A stretch of 50,960 nt of DNA, the filler included, from Catajapyx aquilonaris (lineage: Eukaryota), in NCBI GenBank assembly GCA_000934665.2. It is 3 parts of 3 records of this genome, joined end to end, with 100 filler letters (N's around TTAATTAATTAA, not from the genome) between each part and the next. Parts side by side here need not be neighbours in the genome. Positions count along the whole stretch, not along the records: positions 1 to 16,798 come from JYFJ02007099.1; 2 more parts are not named here. One strand, given 5' to 3'. The position numbers were made by a program, and so were the translations under genes. This document shows, in pieces, positions 1 to 15,286 of the stretch (position 1 is its first letter; the number at the start of each line of letters is the position of its first letter). The notes below the pieces were generated by a model. It ran no database searches and had not been told where the DNA came from. It saw only the letters and a list, made by a program, of their open reading frames with translations.

Positions 1-1022
1 GAAGCAAGCGTCGGACACTCCGGGACTTTTACACACTGTTTGAGAACATCATGAAGGACAACTGTACCAAAAATTAGCTTTCTATCTAAAATTTCCACCT
101 TTGGCTCTTTTTCAGTCTAGATTGACTGGGCTACAAGGCAAGGCGCACGTAAGACCTTCACCAATTGATTCAAGCTGTACCAATAGTTTCTTATACTCAA
201 GCAATTAACAATTTACTACTCATGAAGTCTCCTTTTCTGAAAACAATGGGTGGAATTTTCCATGAGCCACTCCATGTGTGTTTTCTGAAATGAGGAACTT
301 CAATATTAAGCACATGGAATTTCTATACACGATTGGTGCCAATTTATTGCCATGAACCGTGCGAGACGAATTTGCGGCTGAATTAAGCGCTCGTACTTTG
401 CGAATATTAAATCAATACTTATCTGCGGCTTGATCGTCACATCTGAAAACTTCCAAACTTATTAAATTTTCGCGAAACACGACGATTTCAGCAAATTCGT
501 CGATGGCATTAAATCAGCTTAACAGTTGGGCCGGTAATACCTGAAGTTCGAGTTTTTACGGCGACCTTATTGAAAAATTATTTAGGGACTTGTATAGACG
601 AGGAAAGTTGTTTCCGTCACTATAATACACATCACTGATGAATGTGTAAGTCGTCAAAGGGGCAACCACTTCGGTAGGCCTACTCCTGTGTACACGTACA
701 CCTGCGAGTAGACTCCCAGGTACTGACTCCTTGTACAGTACCCCAGTGTACACTTTTCAGTGGAGTGGTTACCCCCTTGGTGTAAGAGCCAATGTCTTGC
801 AGTAGGTACTGTACCTCGATGGACTTTCTTGTGGAGACATATACGTATATGGTGAAGAGTCTGTCATCTCCATCACATACGCGAAAATATTGCAATGGTA
901 TTTTTATATTAGTATATGCCTGAGAGGGTTATAGGCACGACACCGATTACCGTATTTACATTTTCCGCGAGACAAATGGTGCTCATATAGAAACAAACTA
1001 TGGTCAGATCAAAACTTTAGAC

Positions 1023-1321
1023 CAGGGATATTCAACTGGCGGTCCGCGGTCCGGATCCGGACCGCGACGCAATTTTGTCCGGACCGCGACAATATACAGG
1101 ACAGTTTGACATAGCATGATAAATTACTCATTCATGATTTTTTTTTTTTGGAAAAAGTGCTACCAATTTCATCAAATACACACCTATTCAAATCTCCCAC
1201 ATCTCACCTAAGCTCGTGTGACCTTGAACCCCCCCCCCCCTCGTTCCCCGCCCTTTACGGCTTGTTCACCTTGTGCTTGCGAAATGGGCCCCCCTCCGAA
1301 ATTCTTCTGCCTACGCCCCTG
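1023..1321 (+). mobile_element. hAT (Charlie/Buster-like) MITE, related to 42801-43069, with a different 3' end
   Basis: Begins CAGGGATATTCAACT and contains a 22-bp palindrome at 1045-1066. The first 130 bp are near-identical to 42801 onward. The distal part resembles the reverse complement of about 37035-37200. Confidence 0.6.
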
Positions 1322-2538
1322 TATCTGGTAAAATGGGGCATTCTTTTTCGATGGCCCTGTATAGCATTTTTTTTCTTTTTTCTTTTTTTTGTAAAATATC
1401 TCGTCCTGATCATATCTTCACAATATGTGTAAGCGAAAATCTAGGCGATGGCGACATAGCAGATAGTATGGGGAGGTCCGAAGCTGATGGTAATTCACTA
1501 ATACGCTGAAGCTAGCAGTTCTGAACCATATAGCAGATAGTAGCGAAATTGAGTCCGGATGTAACTGACTTCAAGAGACGCGGGAAAAAAGAGTCTGTTA
1601 TAACCGAGGTCTGTTATATAGCCAAATGTTCACTTTCGCAACAAAAACAGAGATCGCTGCTTTTTACATGCCTGTAAATCTGTTGGGTTTATGTAATACG
1701 CACTACTTCACGGTATTACATACCGATTAAGGAAATCCGTCCAAAATGTAATATTCATAGTTGCACAATCGGTCATTTGAAGAAGAAACCTACGTATTCC
1801 AAATGGTAACCTCGTAATTCCTTATAGTTATTGCGCAAATAAATAAAAACGTATTTATTAGTGGTATTTCATTATTTGTGGCGGTTTGATGAAAAATTAA
1901 CAGATATGCCTGATAGGAAAATGCGAGCAGAGCGAGGGTTTTCCTAGTAGTATATAATAACTTTTCATTATTTGTCACCACTTGAACCACTCTTGTTGGG
2001 AGCCCCTCATTCTCAGGAGTAGGTTTGGCGCCGTTCTGTCTAGCCCAGTCGAGCCTGTATTTGCCACTATAAACATCCCCCCCCNCCCCCCCCCCCCCCC
2101 CCCCCAATCGTTTGGGGTAGGAATTTACGAGGACAGGCCGCACCTTCAAAATTTGGAATCCAGAGGGCGAAAAAAAGGAGGACTCTTAAATTTTCTTAAT
2201 TGGCTTTTTTCTTAATTGGCTTTTTTCTTCTCTTTTTTTCTTGATTTTAATTGCCATTTCCCAGCCTTCCTCATGACCCCTAAAAACATGCTGGTGACCC
2301 AGGGGTTGGGAACAGAATAAACATTTTGTCCATAGAATCCTACCATTCTTTATGAGCAGTACTGTACCTAGTTGCATCTGCAGAATTCCACTGATCTCTC
2401 AACCTATTAAAAACCTGGAAGGCTGAAAATGGAAGTAATTGGAGAGAATTGATCAGGAAATAATTTTTAGTGATTCAGGCCTCCAAATGTGATATGCGCC
2501 ACATGCGCGAGTTCATGGAAGTTCCAAGTGGAAGGTTC

Positions 2539-4459
<1,921 letters not shown>

Positions 4460-4597
4460 GATTGTTGCTTTGATGAGATTGCTAGGGTCCTTCTAAAAAG
4501 TGATGTGTAGTGGAGCTCGTCGGCAGGTAGCTTTGCCCGGATTCGGTCTGACGCGACCAAGCAAAACAACCACCAACTTCGATGAGATAGACGAGGC

Positions 4598-4780
4598 GAA
4601 TGAGAGCTCAGAACAACCAGTGGGTCCTATTTATACCCGCGGTGACGTCACGCCGGGTGGGATTACACGTGCTAGTCACCCTTTGAATGCGCGTGCGTCC
4701 CAGTCTCCTACTGGCTGGGATGCAACACGGCTGGATGGTGTGAACCAGGCCTCGGAGGCGGGAATGTCGCTGATTGGCCC
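4598..4780 (-). promoter_or_regulatory. Alpha-tubulin core promoter: Inr-like TCATTC, TATA box, CRE and CCAAT box
   Basis: On the minus strand: TATAAATA at 4628-4635, TCATTC at 4598-4603 about 30 nt downstream, palindromic TGACGTCA at 4643-4650, GGCCAATCA at about 4771-4779. The region is CpG-rich. Confidence 0.7.
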
Positions 4781-7700
4781 GTTTGAAAGAAGGGTTTCGC
4801 CCCGTTGCATGCCGGGAAATTTGAAACCGTTGCTGTGCAGTGTTGCCAAATTGTGCAACGACCCTTTTATTCTCGCAGTGGCCCCTTTTCCTCATTTTTT
4901 TCTGACAAGTGTGCGAATTTTGGGTCGAATAGGCCGGAAAAAGGTCCATCCGATGGGGGGGGGGACATCGACCTACGCTGATTTCAGACACAATGCAACC
5001 GTTGACCTATATATTTTTTAAAGGCGGATAGATTAAATTAGGGGCGGATTCCCGGATAATCAAAGTTCAAATAAGTTCAGGTACCGCTTATCGGCCATTG
5101 TGCCCAATAAACGAAATTAACATTTTCTTCAGCATAGCCAGAAACTGCCTGAACCTATGTGAAGGTTAAATATTTATTAAATTAAACAGTATTAGCCCCG
5201 CATGTTTGGTAAGCAGTAATTAAATGCACATGTATAACACACCGGTTCCTTAATTAATAATTTGCTGGATTAAAAGGGCTGGGCCAATAAACCGGCCGGA
5301 TTATTACGTGTCACTTCTTACATGCAGGCCGTATAAGGAATGGAGGAGGCCCATTGGTCACAGCCTTGCACGCGAAGGTTTGCGGCCAGGTTGTGTGTGG
5401 GGAGGGCGACTATAGGGTTGAATGATTTGCATAATAATGCACTTTTTTTTCGGTGATTCCAGTCACGCTTGGGGTATGTCATCGACGAGAATGCAAAGAG
5501 CGCTGAAAAATAGGGAAACTGTAATATCGTGGGGGATAAATTGAGCCAAGGTTATGAAAAAGGGTGTCGTCATTATCGTCATTAACATCATCAGCGGTGT
5601 GCACTTCCTCTTGTAGTGGAACAGATCCATTGTCCTCCTTCCGGTTCACACACACACATTCTCTTCGATATGATACAAAGTTGAGGGAGAAATCGCCCTC
5701 TTCTTGAAAAACGACTCATTTCCTTCTCACTTGCAATGTATTCCAGGAGAAACTGTTTCGCGAACTTGTCCACACATATGATAATGACGACTGTTTATTT
5801 TTAGGAGAACTTTGCACTGAAGCAAGCCAGTCGTCAACCTCGCCGTCGTTGGACCGATGCCATGGGAATGTTGGCCACTGACCAGACATGACATGGCCAG
5901 ACATGTCTCAGGGTATACCAAGAGACGGTGACGACGGAATTTTTTTATTTGCCTGCACCGGATTTCACTCCCAGCAGCGTATATAGGGATGCTGCAGGTG
6001 CATGACCTCTTCTTATCCGGATCAATATGACGCAGAATCCTGAAAGTGCTGGGGGGATCCCAATTTACAGCATCCATTTATTGGGACTGGATGAGGCTTA
6101 ATTTGACCCCGAGCAGAAATTGATGGAAAATAATTGGGTTTGTGTTTGAGGGGAAATTGCGGTCTGTTCGGACCACAGCACGCGTCATGCTCCACCGAAT
6201 AGCCTTTTTTTTCACCCCCGATTGGACCTCTCATCAGAACCAGCAGACGTGAGAAGGAATCCCAAGAGAGGTGGTGGAACTCGAGGAAATAACAACGGTC
6301 TAATGGAGAACGATGCCGCATTCTGTCGGCCGTTGAACTCATCCTCAGGGTTCATCAAAATACCGTCAACCGGACAATATAGTGTAACGTTTTGTGTCAT
6401 ATTGGATCACAAAATGTTCGTTGCAACATGGCAGACACCACAGGTGGGCGAACCAGCAAGCCTTCAAAGTAGGGCCCGACTTTAAAAGGACAGACCAGTC
6501 CGTGACACCATTTCTGGCCATAGCCACACAAAAAAATAATGTATGAATTGCATGTAGGCGATCAGCGTAGGCTATACAGCTACTATACAAATGGTTCTGA
6601 GGTGGGCATTATTATTCTATTGAATTATAATAATGACAGTGAAGGGTGCCTTATCTTCTAGTCCCTCTGAGTATATGCTGGAGGTGAATAAGCAACATCA
6701 TATCCGTCATAATCACGAATATGACTCAACCGCTGGAATAGTAGTACGAGGAAATATTGCACGGGCTGCTGCACAGATGCTATTATTAAATTCTGCGATA
6801 TTCTCGCTTTGCTGTACTGCTGTGCAACCGGCTGATTAGCCTTCTGGTCAATCCCCTCAAGGTCTGTGATGATGATGAGTCACCATCAGTGAATGACCGA
6901 TTGGCAGGCTGACCAAACTAGGATGAGAATATTCTCATTTTTGCAGTGCTCTGGACTATTGGTGTGGGTGTCAGAGAGAGTCTCCTTAGGGGAGATCTCT
7001 TGGTGGTAGCTGATGGTGGGATGAAAAGAGAGCGGCCAGTCTCTTTTCCCCCCACCCACGTGCAAAACATGTTGACCTTGCGCGTGGTTGCCACATCTAG
7101 CCGGCAAGCATGTCTTACCGAGGGAGGCCAGATTGCACAGTTTATCGAGCGGCACTGCGGCAACTGCAGCTGCAGGATAAACCGATAAACCGACGGATAT
7201 GTCTCCCTCTGCCCAGGCTATAATATGAAGGCCCGGCATTGTTACGATCCCCGATTGTCCAGTATAACGAGGGGGCGGCCGTAATATTCGCGACAAGGCG
7301 GGTAGTGCATGGCGTGGGCAGGAATGGTGACGTGACCACTTGACGGCTTGTTCCTTCAATGGTGCATTTCCAAGCAGCATGCATGCCACTTGTTACCGTA
7401 CCCGGCACAATAATAATGCATTCCCGACGGTTATGCCGGGTTCGCGTGTCGGCCAGTTTATCCGGGGCTGTTATTATATTGAGAGGAAAAATAAATTAGA
7501 ACGTGACAGGCTCTGCTTGCCACCAAAGATGACGCCGTGACATCTGTCGGCAAATGTATGAAGGAACACGCAGTGCTGACATCTGTTATCGACAGAGATT
7601 TCTGCTGCACTGCCATGTATAGTTACATAACTTGGCTTATCTCCATAGAATGCCAGGAATACACATTATTGAAGTAATGTAATGGAAAATGATATCTGTA

Positions 7701-8197
7701 ATTTCCCCATTATGAGATAATTCCGAAAATTATGTGCCACCCTGTAATGCCAAAACGCAGGGAAACACCACTTCCTCCTCCTACAGCCATCATGAAAATT
7801 GGCGAAAAAGCTTTGAACCATTATTTCCATAAACACAATATTCCCACAGGTCATGTACAAAATGCCAAATAGATTATTGTGTTTAAATACATTTTTTTAA
7901 ACCACTCTTTTACACGCATACATTCTTTATTGCAGCAAATTGACCAACCTGACATCGAGAGTGCCCATTCAAACTGTTACGTGAGGTATGTGTAGCAGCA
8001 CCCTGGATGCCTCGAGCCACAGTTTGCGATTCACATTTCTTGACCTGTTTCGCTCAGACAAGACGAAAATAAAAAGTGGAGGCTCTCAACCTACTACAAT
8101 CCGTTTAATGCAACTCTGGATTCCATTTCAACAATGTACACAAGCTTATCCATCCAACAAAGGTGGGGGAATAAATCTACAGTGAGTGACATCCTCT

Positions 8198-10118
8198 TCA
8201 TTTGACTAACGCCAGTTCTGGGCTGAGTACAAGTCCCGCTTTGGCCAGGCCCTCCAGCTCCTCTGTAAAATAACAACAACAACACTGGAGTCAGCCAGTC
8301 AGGCAAACAATGCACAAAAATTGACTTTCAAACCATTTCAATCAGTATTGGTCCAATAGTCAGATGGGATGTCAAAGTGGATGAAAGGAATCAGCGGGGT
8401 TTGCAGTCTGGAATCAGGAAATCAACAGGGAGTAAGGAAGGAATCAAGGGAAAAAGGTATCAATACAAGGTACGTCTTGGTAGGTCCAGGATTAAGGCAG
8501 GAAATCAACATGGATTCTGATACAACAAGTCTACATTTCTTCAAAATTTCTTGAGTCTGGTGTGCAGCTTCGACTGTGGATGCAGCAAAAACCTGTCTCT
8601 TACGAGAAATTTTGTTTCATTCACGCCAAGAATTTTCCATGTTTATCTCAAGTAATTCCAATGGATTTAAGTGACGAGGTCTGGCACACACCATGCTCAA
8701 ATAACACGTGCGAAATGTACAACTGAATAGCTCAACAAATCAGAATTAAATCCCAATGGAAAATAACGCAGGGATTGCCATTTATTGCTCTATAGGGCTA
8801 GTCAGCGGAGCACCCAAAATAAGAAACTTCTCACTGACATACGCTTATAAAGTGAATTACAGAACTTCTGTAACTATTCCACTGGACAGATTAAAATGAA
8901 ACACCTGTAATGAAACACACAAGACCTACCCTTTGAAAGTCTCGCCTTCTCCTGCGCCAGTGTGGCCTCCTTCACCTTCCTGTTCTTTTCCTCCATTTCC
9001 CTGTAAGCAGCCTCTTTTTTGGAGAGTCTGCTCTGCCTGGCTGCTCCCCAAGCTACACCCACCAGCAAGAAACTCCACCGCCCAAACTGGAATGCAAAAA
9101 AAAATAATGTCAACATGTCTTCATTTGCACTGCCCATTTGGAAATAGCGTTGTATATGAGCAGGCCACGCTAACTTGTCATTGACACCATCGCCTTGTTT
9201 ACTTACTCATAGTCGACAGAAAACTGCCGAACGTCCCACTTTTCAAGTTTCCATGGTAATGACCTCACACAACAATAGGAATAAACAGTGTCAACAAAAA
9301 AGAACAATGATTACTCGTTTTGCTGTGTGAGGGCATTTCCATGGAAACTTGAGAAGTGAGAGGTCGCAAGGGTGCGTTTGGCAGATTTCTGTCGACTAGG
9401 AGTTGGTACACAAAATGATGGCGTATGGTCAAAGTAAGGGCAGGCCGCCTATACCAACGTGAGTACTGTACAATCCTTCTTAGGTCTGGTTGCATGCCCT
9501 GGTTGTTATTCACTGCTGACAACAATCTTAAGGCGCTTACTGGGGAAGCATGGAGGCATCCCAAGTATGCTGATGAACTGATACGAGAGAATAGCAAGCA
9601 AGGTTTGCACCAACACTAGGAGGCATGTTGCCCACCGGGATGGAGTGCCGGTCCAATCAAGTGATGCACACTTGAGTGTTCCTTTTTGATTGCTTGGACG
9701 AATCCCATTGGAACCCGCCATCATTTCCCCACACCTGACTTGGTTCAGCGCACATTATATAAATGCAATCCGTCCATACATTCCAAAACATGAGTGCAAT
9801 GTGAGTGAACAACACTTCTAGTCCGGCCAGGTCCGGCTGTTTAAATGCCGCGCCGAACAGCTGGAGGGGATGTTGGCAACCCTGATTATTGCACAGAACT
9901 GGCCTCTTGAGGCCTTCGTAGAAAACGTTCGGTGTTCTTCCCAATTCTGCCCTCCCCAATCCCTCGCTTACTCCCCCCCAGCAACCAGCACCACCCTGCC
10001 CTCCAACGTTCCCTGCTTTTCCCCTGGGGTTAGACCTGGATCCGCCTGCCCCTGGTCTGCCCTTGGAACCCACCTTGATGAGCGGAGAGACGCGAACAGG
10101 AGCTCCTAAATCCGCCAT
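8198..10118 (-). CDS. ATP5ME: Mitochondrial ATP synthase subunit e, 3 exons (10074-10118, 8930-9086, 8198-8262), 88 aa
   Basis: Spliced product MADLGAPVRVSPLIK|FGRWSFLLVGVAWGAARQSRLSKKE...KARLSK|EELEGLAKAGLVLSPELALVK* matches the insect subunit e pattern. GT-AG junctions with consistent phases. AATAAA on the minus strand at 7926-7931. Confidence 0.93.
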
Positions 10119-10330
10119 CTTGGATTTGCGAGGGGGGAGGAGGAGGGAGGGAGAGGGAGGAAGAGGGAGGGAGGAGGGGGACAGCGTTGCCAGAGTTACG
10201 TAACCGGCGACCGTATCGCACGTGGGTACCGTATCTGACGAGGGGCGTCCGCGACAGCCATTCGTCATCTCTGGTGCGTCCGTCCGCCTGTCTGGGAGCC
10301 GTCTCCGTCTGGCAGTCACCACCAGCCGAG
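10119..10330. promoter_or_regulatory. Short bidirectional CpG-rich promoter between ATP synthase e and the F-box gene
   Basis: Only 212 bp separate the divergent ATGs. YY1-type CAAGATGGCG overlaps the ATP synthase e start. A pyrimidine-rich leader lies on the minus strand (10130-10180). X-box-like GTTGCCAGAGTTAC at 10186-10199. Confidence 0.7.
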
Positions 10331-12898
10331 ATGGATCCGGAGCAGGTGAATCCGGACCACGATCCGGGCGATGGAGGACAAGCTCCTGAGCCTGCCATAC
10401 CGATACCGCCACCACTAATGCCCATGCCTCGTCGCATCCCAACCCTGCCGGATGAGATGCTGGAGCGTTTGTTCCACTTAATGGACGGACGTTCCCTGCT
10501 GGGAGTGCTAAAGACATGCACTCACTTCCGGGAGGTCCTGAGCAAACTGGAGAGGGTAATAAATTGGAACGGCCTAGTCGCAATGGACGTCACTGCTGGA
10601 TATAATTATAATAATGACAGGGTTTCATACGCTAACTGATGATATCCTTCTTTCACCAGACATACAGCATTTGGTTCACGTGCTGCAAAAGAGAGATGAG
10701 CCCATCCGAGATGCGCGACATCCGCTACATGCGCATTCACAATAAGCTCCGCCACCTGCCAGAATCTGAGAGGAACCTTCCTGCCGAGTGGAAGGAGGCA
10801 TATAAGTGTTGGACCAAATTCTGTGACGAATACCCAGTCGAACTAACAGAAACAGGCACCGTGTCATACAGCGCTGAACCTTGTCACGGAGGAAGTTGGC
10901 CATCACTGAACGTGGTTGCCATCACAGGTATATTCTGTTTCTCGTCAACACGTGTGTTCAAGCATCACTTGAAACCTTTAAGATTGTGCAGATGGGTGAT
11001 CAACACTCCTGTTGTATTGTCGCATACAGGCCAATGCATCCTCATTGGCTGCAATGATGGAGCCATTATTCTGCACTCACTGACTGACGGAGAGCACTGC
11101 GTGATATTCCGAGCTCCACTCAGCTCCCCAATCACTCATTTGTATGCTCTCAATCCTCCAGGAACAGGTAATGTGCTTGAATGTGCTGCTCTTTTACTAC
11201 TCATTAATATTTCGCGACCATAGGTTACTCAGCCCCGGCAAAGACTTCGCTCGTCAAATCGCTCGCATGTAAACACACCTTAATGCGAGGATTTGTTTAT
11301 GTGTGACTGATATTGTAGATGTAACTCTGTGGCACAGCTACTTATGTTTTGTTTGGCTTATCAAACCCTCAGTTAACATATGATTTGAGAGAACTGAAAT
11401 ATGTTGTAATTTAATTCACATTTGATATTATTTCCAATTTTAAAATAATTTCTTGCAGCCTTGCCTCCACAGCAACAAGGCGATTGGTCACTTGCAGCAC
11501 ATGACTATGTTTTGTCTGCTTCACGTAGAGGTCAAATCAGTGTGACCCGCATCCTTCCCAGCGGAATCACCAGCTTGTGGGCTCATCCTGAGCGCTGCAG
11601 GAGTGTGATGCGCCACGAGAGTGAATCTCGCTCAGTCACTGACCTAGCGTGAGAATCTTACTGATTGTTATTACCAGCTTATGAATTGGTTACTGACTTG
11701 GTCCTTTCTAGGGTGAGTGAGCCCTATTTTGCTGCATCAATGAAAGGAAAAGCAGTGCCATCTGAGATCCATGTGTGGAAGTTCACTACCCCCTCACTGC
11801 CAAGAGACCAGTTGAGGGCAGATCTTGTGCATGTCATCAGATTTCCTCATGGTCATGCACGTGGGAATTGGACACGGATTGGTTTTACTCCTGAACAGGT
11901 CTGGTTTCGATGTTGCTGGATGTTTGCAATATTCCCTACCCCCCCCCTCATTCAGGTCTGCATTATCCATACAAATAACGTAGGTCATACTGTTAAGTAA
12001 CGGGTGGCTAATGTCCATGTGGTAAGCAAAATAATGTCCTGTGGCATATTTTCACAGGGACCCAGCTTGACATTTGCTTACCGTTACTTAACAGTATGAC
12101 TGATTATAATTGCATTTGAAATATTACTGTTTGCTATTAAAAGTTGATGTTACAATGGGCCCTACAATACTAGGCACTTAGTCAAACCGAGTGTTATAAT
12201 TTATTGTCATTTTTCATTATAGTCAACATTTTTCAGACTATAATGGCCTTTGCTGATAATCTCTGGTTGTGGAAGTTTGGTGATGACTTTGCAACTGAAG
12301 CTGGAAGCCCAGATGTGATTGATACAGTTCGACATGATGATGAAACGAGGTTCTACTTTCTTCGGGAGAGCGTTTTTGCTCTACTGCAGAATGGTGAGGA
12401 TTTCATTTATTCCCAGACATCAGTGGCAGATACAAAATGTTGAGCAGGTCACTAAAATCAACATTTATTTTTCAGGTGGTTCTGATTTGTACCTGAAATT
12501 TGGTGATACCTCAGTAGATGGAGTAATGGATTACATCCAGCACGACCCACTTGTCAAATTTAATAGTGAAGTAACAGCCGTGACCCTGAATTATGGTGTT
12601 CTGCTCTTTGGAACGGCACAGGGTAAGTTAATTTTTTTGTAATAATTAAAAGTAATTGTGGGAATATTTATATTAACTGGTTCTTTCTTTTTTAGGGCGC
12701 TTGTACCTGTATAAGGTTCCATCTTCCCTTGATGGATTCAGTTTCTCACTGGATGCTTATTCCTGGACTCATCAACTGCAACCCTTACGGAGAGTCAATT
12801 CAGTAGCAGTTTCTCTGGGTGAGAGGGGACTACTCATTGCTGCAGCTCAGGCAGCCAAGGTCACTCTGTTCAGGACTGAAATACAAGAGCAGGAGTGA
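10331..12898 (+). CDS. F-box protein with degenerate WD40/beta-propeller C-terminus, 8 exons (10331-10555, 10660-10927, 11030-11167, 11459-11648, 11712-11898, 12237-12393, 12476-12622, 12696-12898), 504 aa
   Basis: F-box-like LPDEMLERLFHLMDGRSLLGVLKTCTHFREVL in exon 1. WD-like segments ILIGCNDGAIILHSL and EVTAVTLNYGVLLFGTAQGRLYLY. All seven introns are GT-AG with matching phases, giving a 1515-nt CDS. AATAAA at 13050-13055. Confidence 0.8.
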
Positions 12899-14899
12899 TA
12901 TGTATTAATTGTTCTTCTTGGAAGGATGTGCCATTACATTATACGGCTGTGAAGGATGAAGTATTGTAAATGCATTTAAGCATAAAATTGAGACTGATGA
13001 ATATTTTTTTTGTACTTTGCAATATAACCTAACTCTTGTTAGTAAATTAAATAAAACTCCCATTATTTTGGTTGGATAATACATTAGTTTGATTCTAAAC
13101 TGGTAACCTGCAGACATGTTTCATACAAAATAATCTGGACGGATTTCTTTGCCTTTTTTAATGTTCCAAGATGTTGTTGGGAATAGACACAGACAAATTG
13201 GACTTTTGTCAAATCTTGAACCAGGATACAGTCTGGAGTGAGGTCCAGTGACATAATCAACATAAACAAGATATACATACACCAATCCAGACAGCATGAC
13301 AAAAAATAACAGGAGTCATTGGTCTGGTTTTGGCTACAATTAAAGTGATAACAGATCTGGTTAAGACACAAAGTAATAACTTGTTCAAATAATCTGCATC
13401 TCGTATTTTTGAAAGTATTGCATCAGTGCTTACAAGTTGAATGTTTTACAAGGCAGTAACAAGTAAAAAAGAAAGAGAAGGAAATCGAACAAGTGCATGT
13501 CCTTCAGAGGATGTCCTTTTTCCTTTGCAATTCCTGTTTTCTTTTTTTATTCGCTTTTTTATTACTTCAGTTGGCTGCAGATGTTTTCATGATAACCAAT
13601 TTACCCAGCCGCTGCAATTACATCACTGTTTTTTTACACTCATATATCAATCAAGCACTATGTGTTGAACTTCCTGCATTACAACTGAATTCAAATTATG
13701 AGATAATTATAGCTAATGCAAGTCAGCTAATTACGGCCATAATCAGTGTTATGAGAGAGAGTATGGAACAGCACTGTCCAGCAAAAAAGCACAATGTCAC
13801 ACTGCTGATTATCCAATAAAAATATAGCAAATGCAAATAGTGGGCGAGATCCAAATGACACATGACATTTGTGTACACTAAATATTAATATATGTAAAAA
13901 GGGAGAAATATACCGCGCTTCTGTACGGACACAAGTGAAAATATTATCTTGCAGATTTATTCTGACTTGTAATTGATGCGAGAATGATGCCCCATCGGTA
14001 CTTTTTAAATTATATTTGTGCACGTTTTGTTAGCTGTTATAGTTTTCTGTGCATTTTGCAATATTTTATCTGTTCTTATTTTTTTGCAACGTAATCATGC
14101 AAGTTGTGACGTCAACAGGCATGCTGTTTTTCTGGTAATTTAGATTCCACTCTGTGTGTGGTACGTGTGACCCCAAACTACAAACATCAATGTGCTATGC
14201 CGCAAAAATAATAATCGCGCAACGATTTTTTTTTTTTTAAAGTCGTCATATAGCAAACGAATTGACCAACCACAGACTGACCACGTGCTATTTCCTTTGG
14301 ACCCTAGGGAGAGATAATCTTCGGAAATGTCCCACATTCGCATTGATAATCTAGAGTGTCGAAACTCAAAGTTTAATGCGCTAAGGAACTACTTCATTTC
14401 GTCACGAAAGGGTCAAAGTGTACGTTTCTTCCCGTCTTGCCTTTTTTTCCCCCCCATTTCGGGGGGATGCTTCACTTTGCAGGATTTCTGTAAGAAACTG
14501 AATACATGACCTCACATGTGATCTAGTCGGTACATATTTGACACGTGCATCACTCGGCCGCTGCCAAGGTCAAGAGCAGGAATCAAAAAAATTGGCATTG
14601 CTGCTCTCCAATTGTGTGGCTTTTAATAGCTTCAGTGTTGACATTGGTAAATGTCAGTAAAACCTGTGCGGTACATACAATGATCATATTTGAATATGTA
14701 ACACGTTCTGGCTACTCCCCCCGCCCCGGTGGTATCACATTGTGAAAGGCATATCAGTCAGTTGCCATGTGCGGACCTCAAGACACGTTCTGTCGTCACC
14801 GCATGTGCGCGTTCGAGTGCAGCAAATGTCCTTCACGGGAACTCATCCTTCCGAGACGCAACAGTTTTAATTTTTTTGCGTAATCAAACTGTCCCGCCA

Positions 14900-15070
14900 G
14901 CGCCATCTCGGATCTGATTGGCCCGCACTAGGCACATACAAAATGGCACAGCCGCTGCCAAATCCGATGCTGAATCCGCAGGCATCCTCCTTCCCTCCTA
15001 TTGGCTGTCAGGCAACATCACCTGACGATTCCGGCCTTCCTATTGGTTCTTGGATTCAAGATGGCGGCCC
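14900..15070 (+). promoter_or_regulatory. CpG-rich promoter of the GPAT-like gene
   Basis: Three ATTGG (reverse CCAAT) boxes near 14917, 15000 and 15042, and a YY1-type CAAGATGGCGGC at 15057-15068. Confidence 0.5.
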
Positions 15071-15286
15071 CCAGTGGGACCCACACTTTCTCGCCATTTT
15101 TTTTTCAGCACATTTTTCTGCCGATAATTTTCCCCCCCCCCTTCTTGTCTCTGTACCCCCTCGGGCGTGTTATCATGCCGTCACGCACCCTCGGCCGACT
15201 GGCCGAGTGGCAGTCAGGACCGAGCCTCCGTGCGACCCGCATCGTTCTTATTATTCCACTGCAATCTCGCCCAGGTGGGATCCAAC

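Noticed and set aside
5591..7540. Several 60-167 aa ORFs between tubulin and ATP synthase e
   Set aside because: No recognisable domain and no consistent splice structure.
9657..10583. 308-aa ORF on the minus strand
   Set aside because: GC-rich read-through across the promoter and an intron. Only 10074-10118 is coding (ATP synthase e exon 1).
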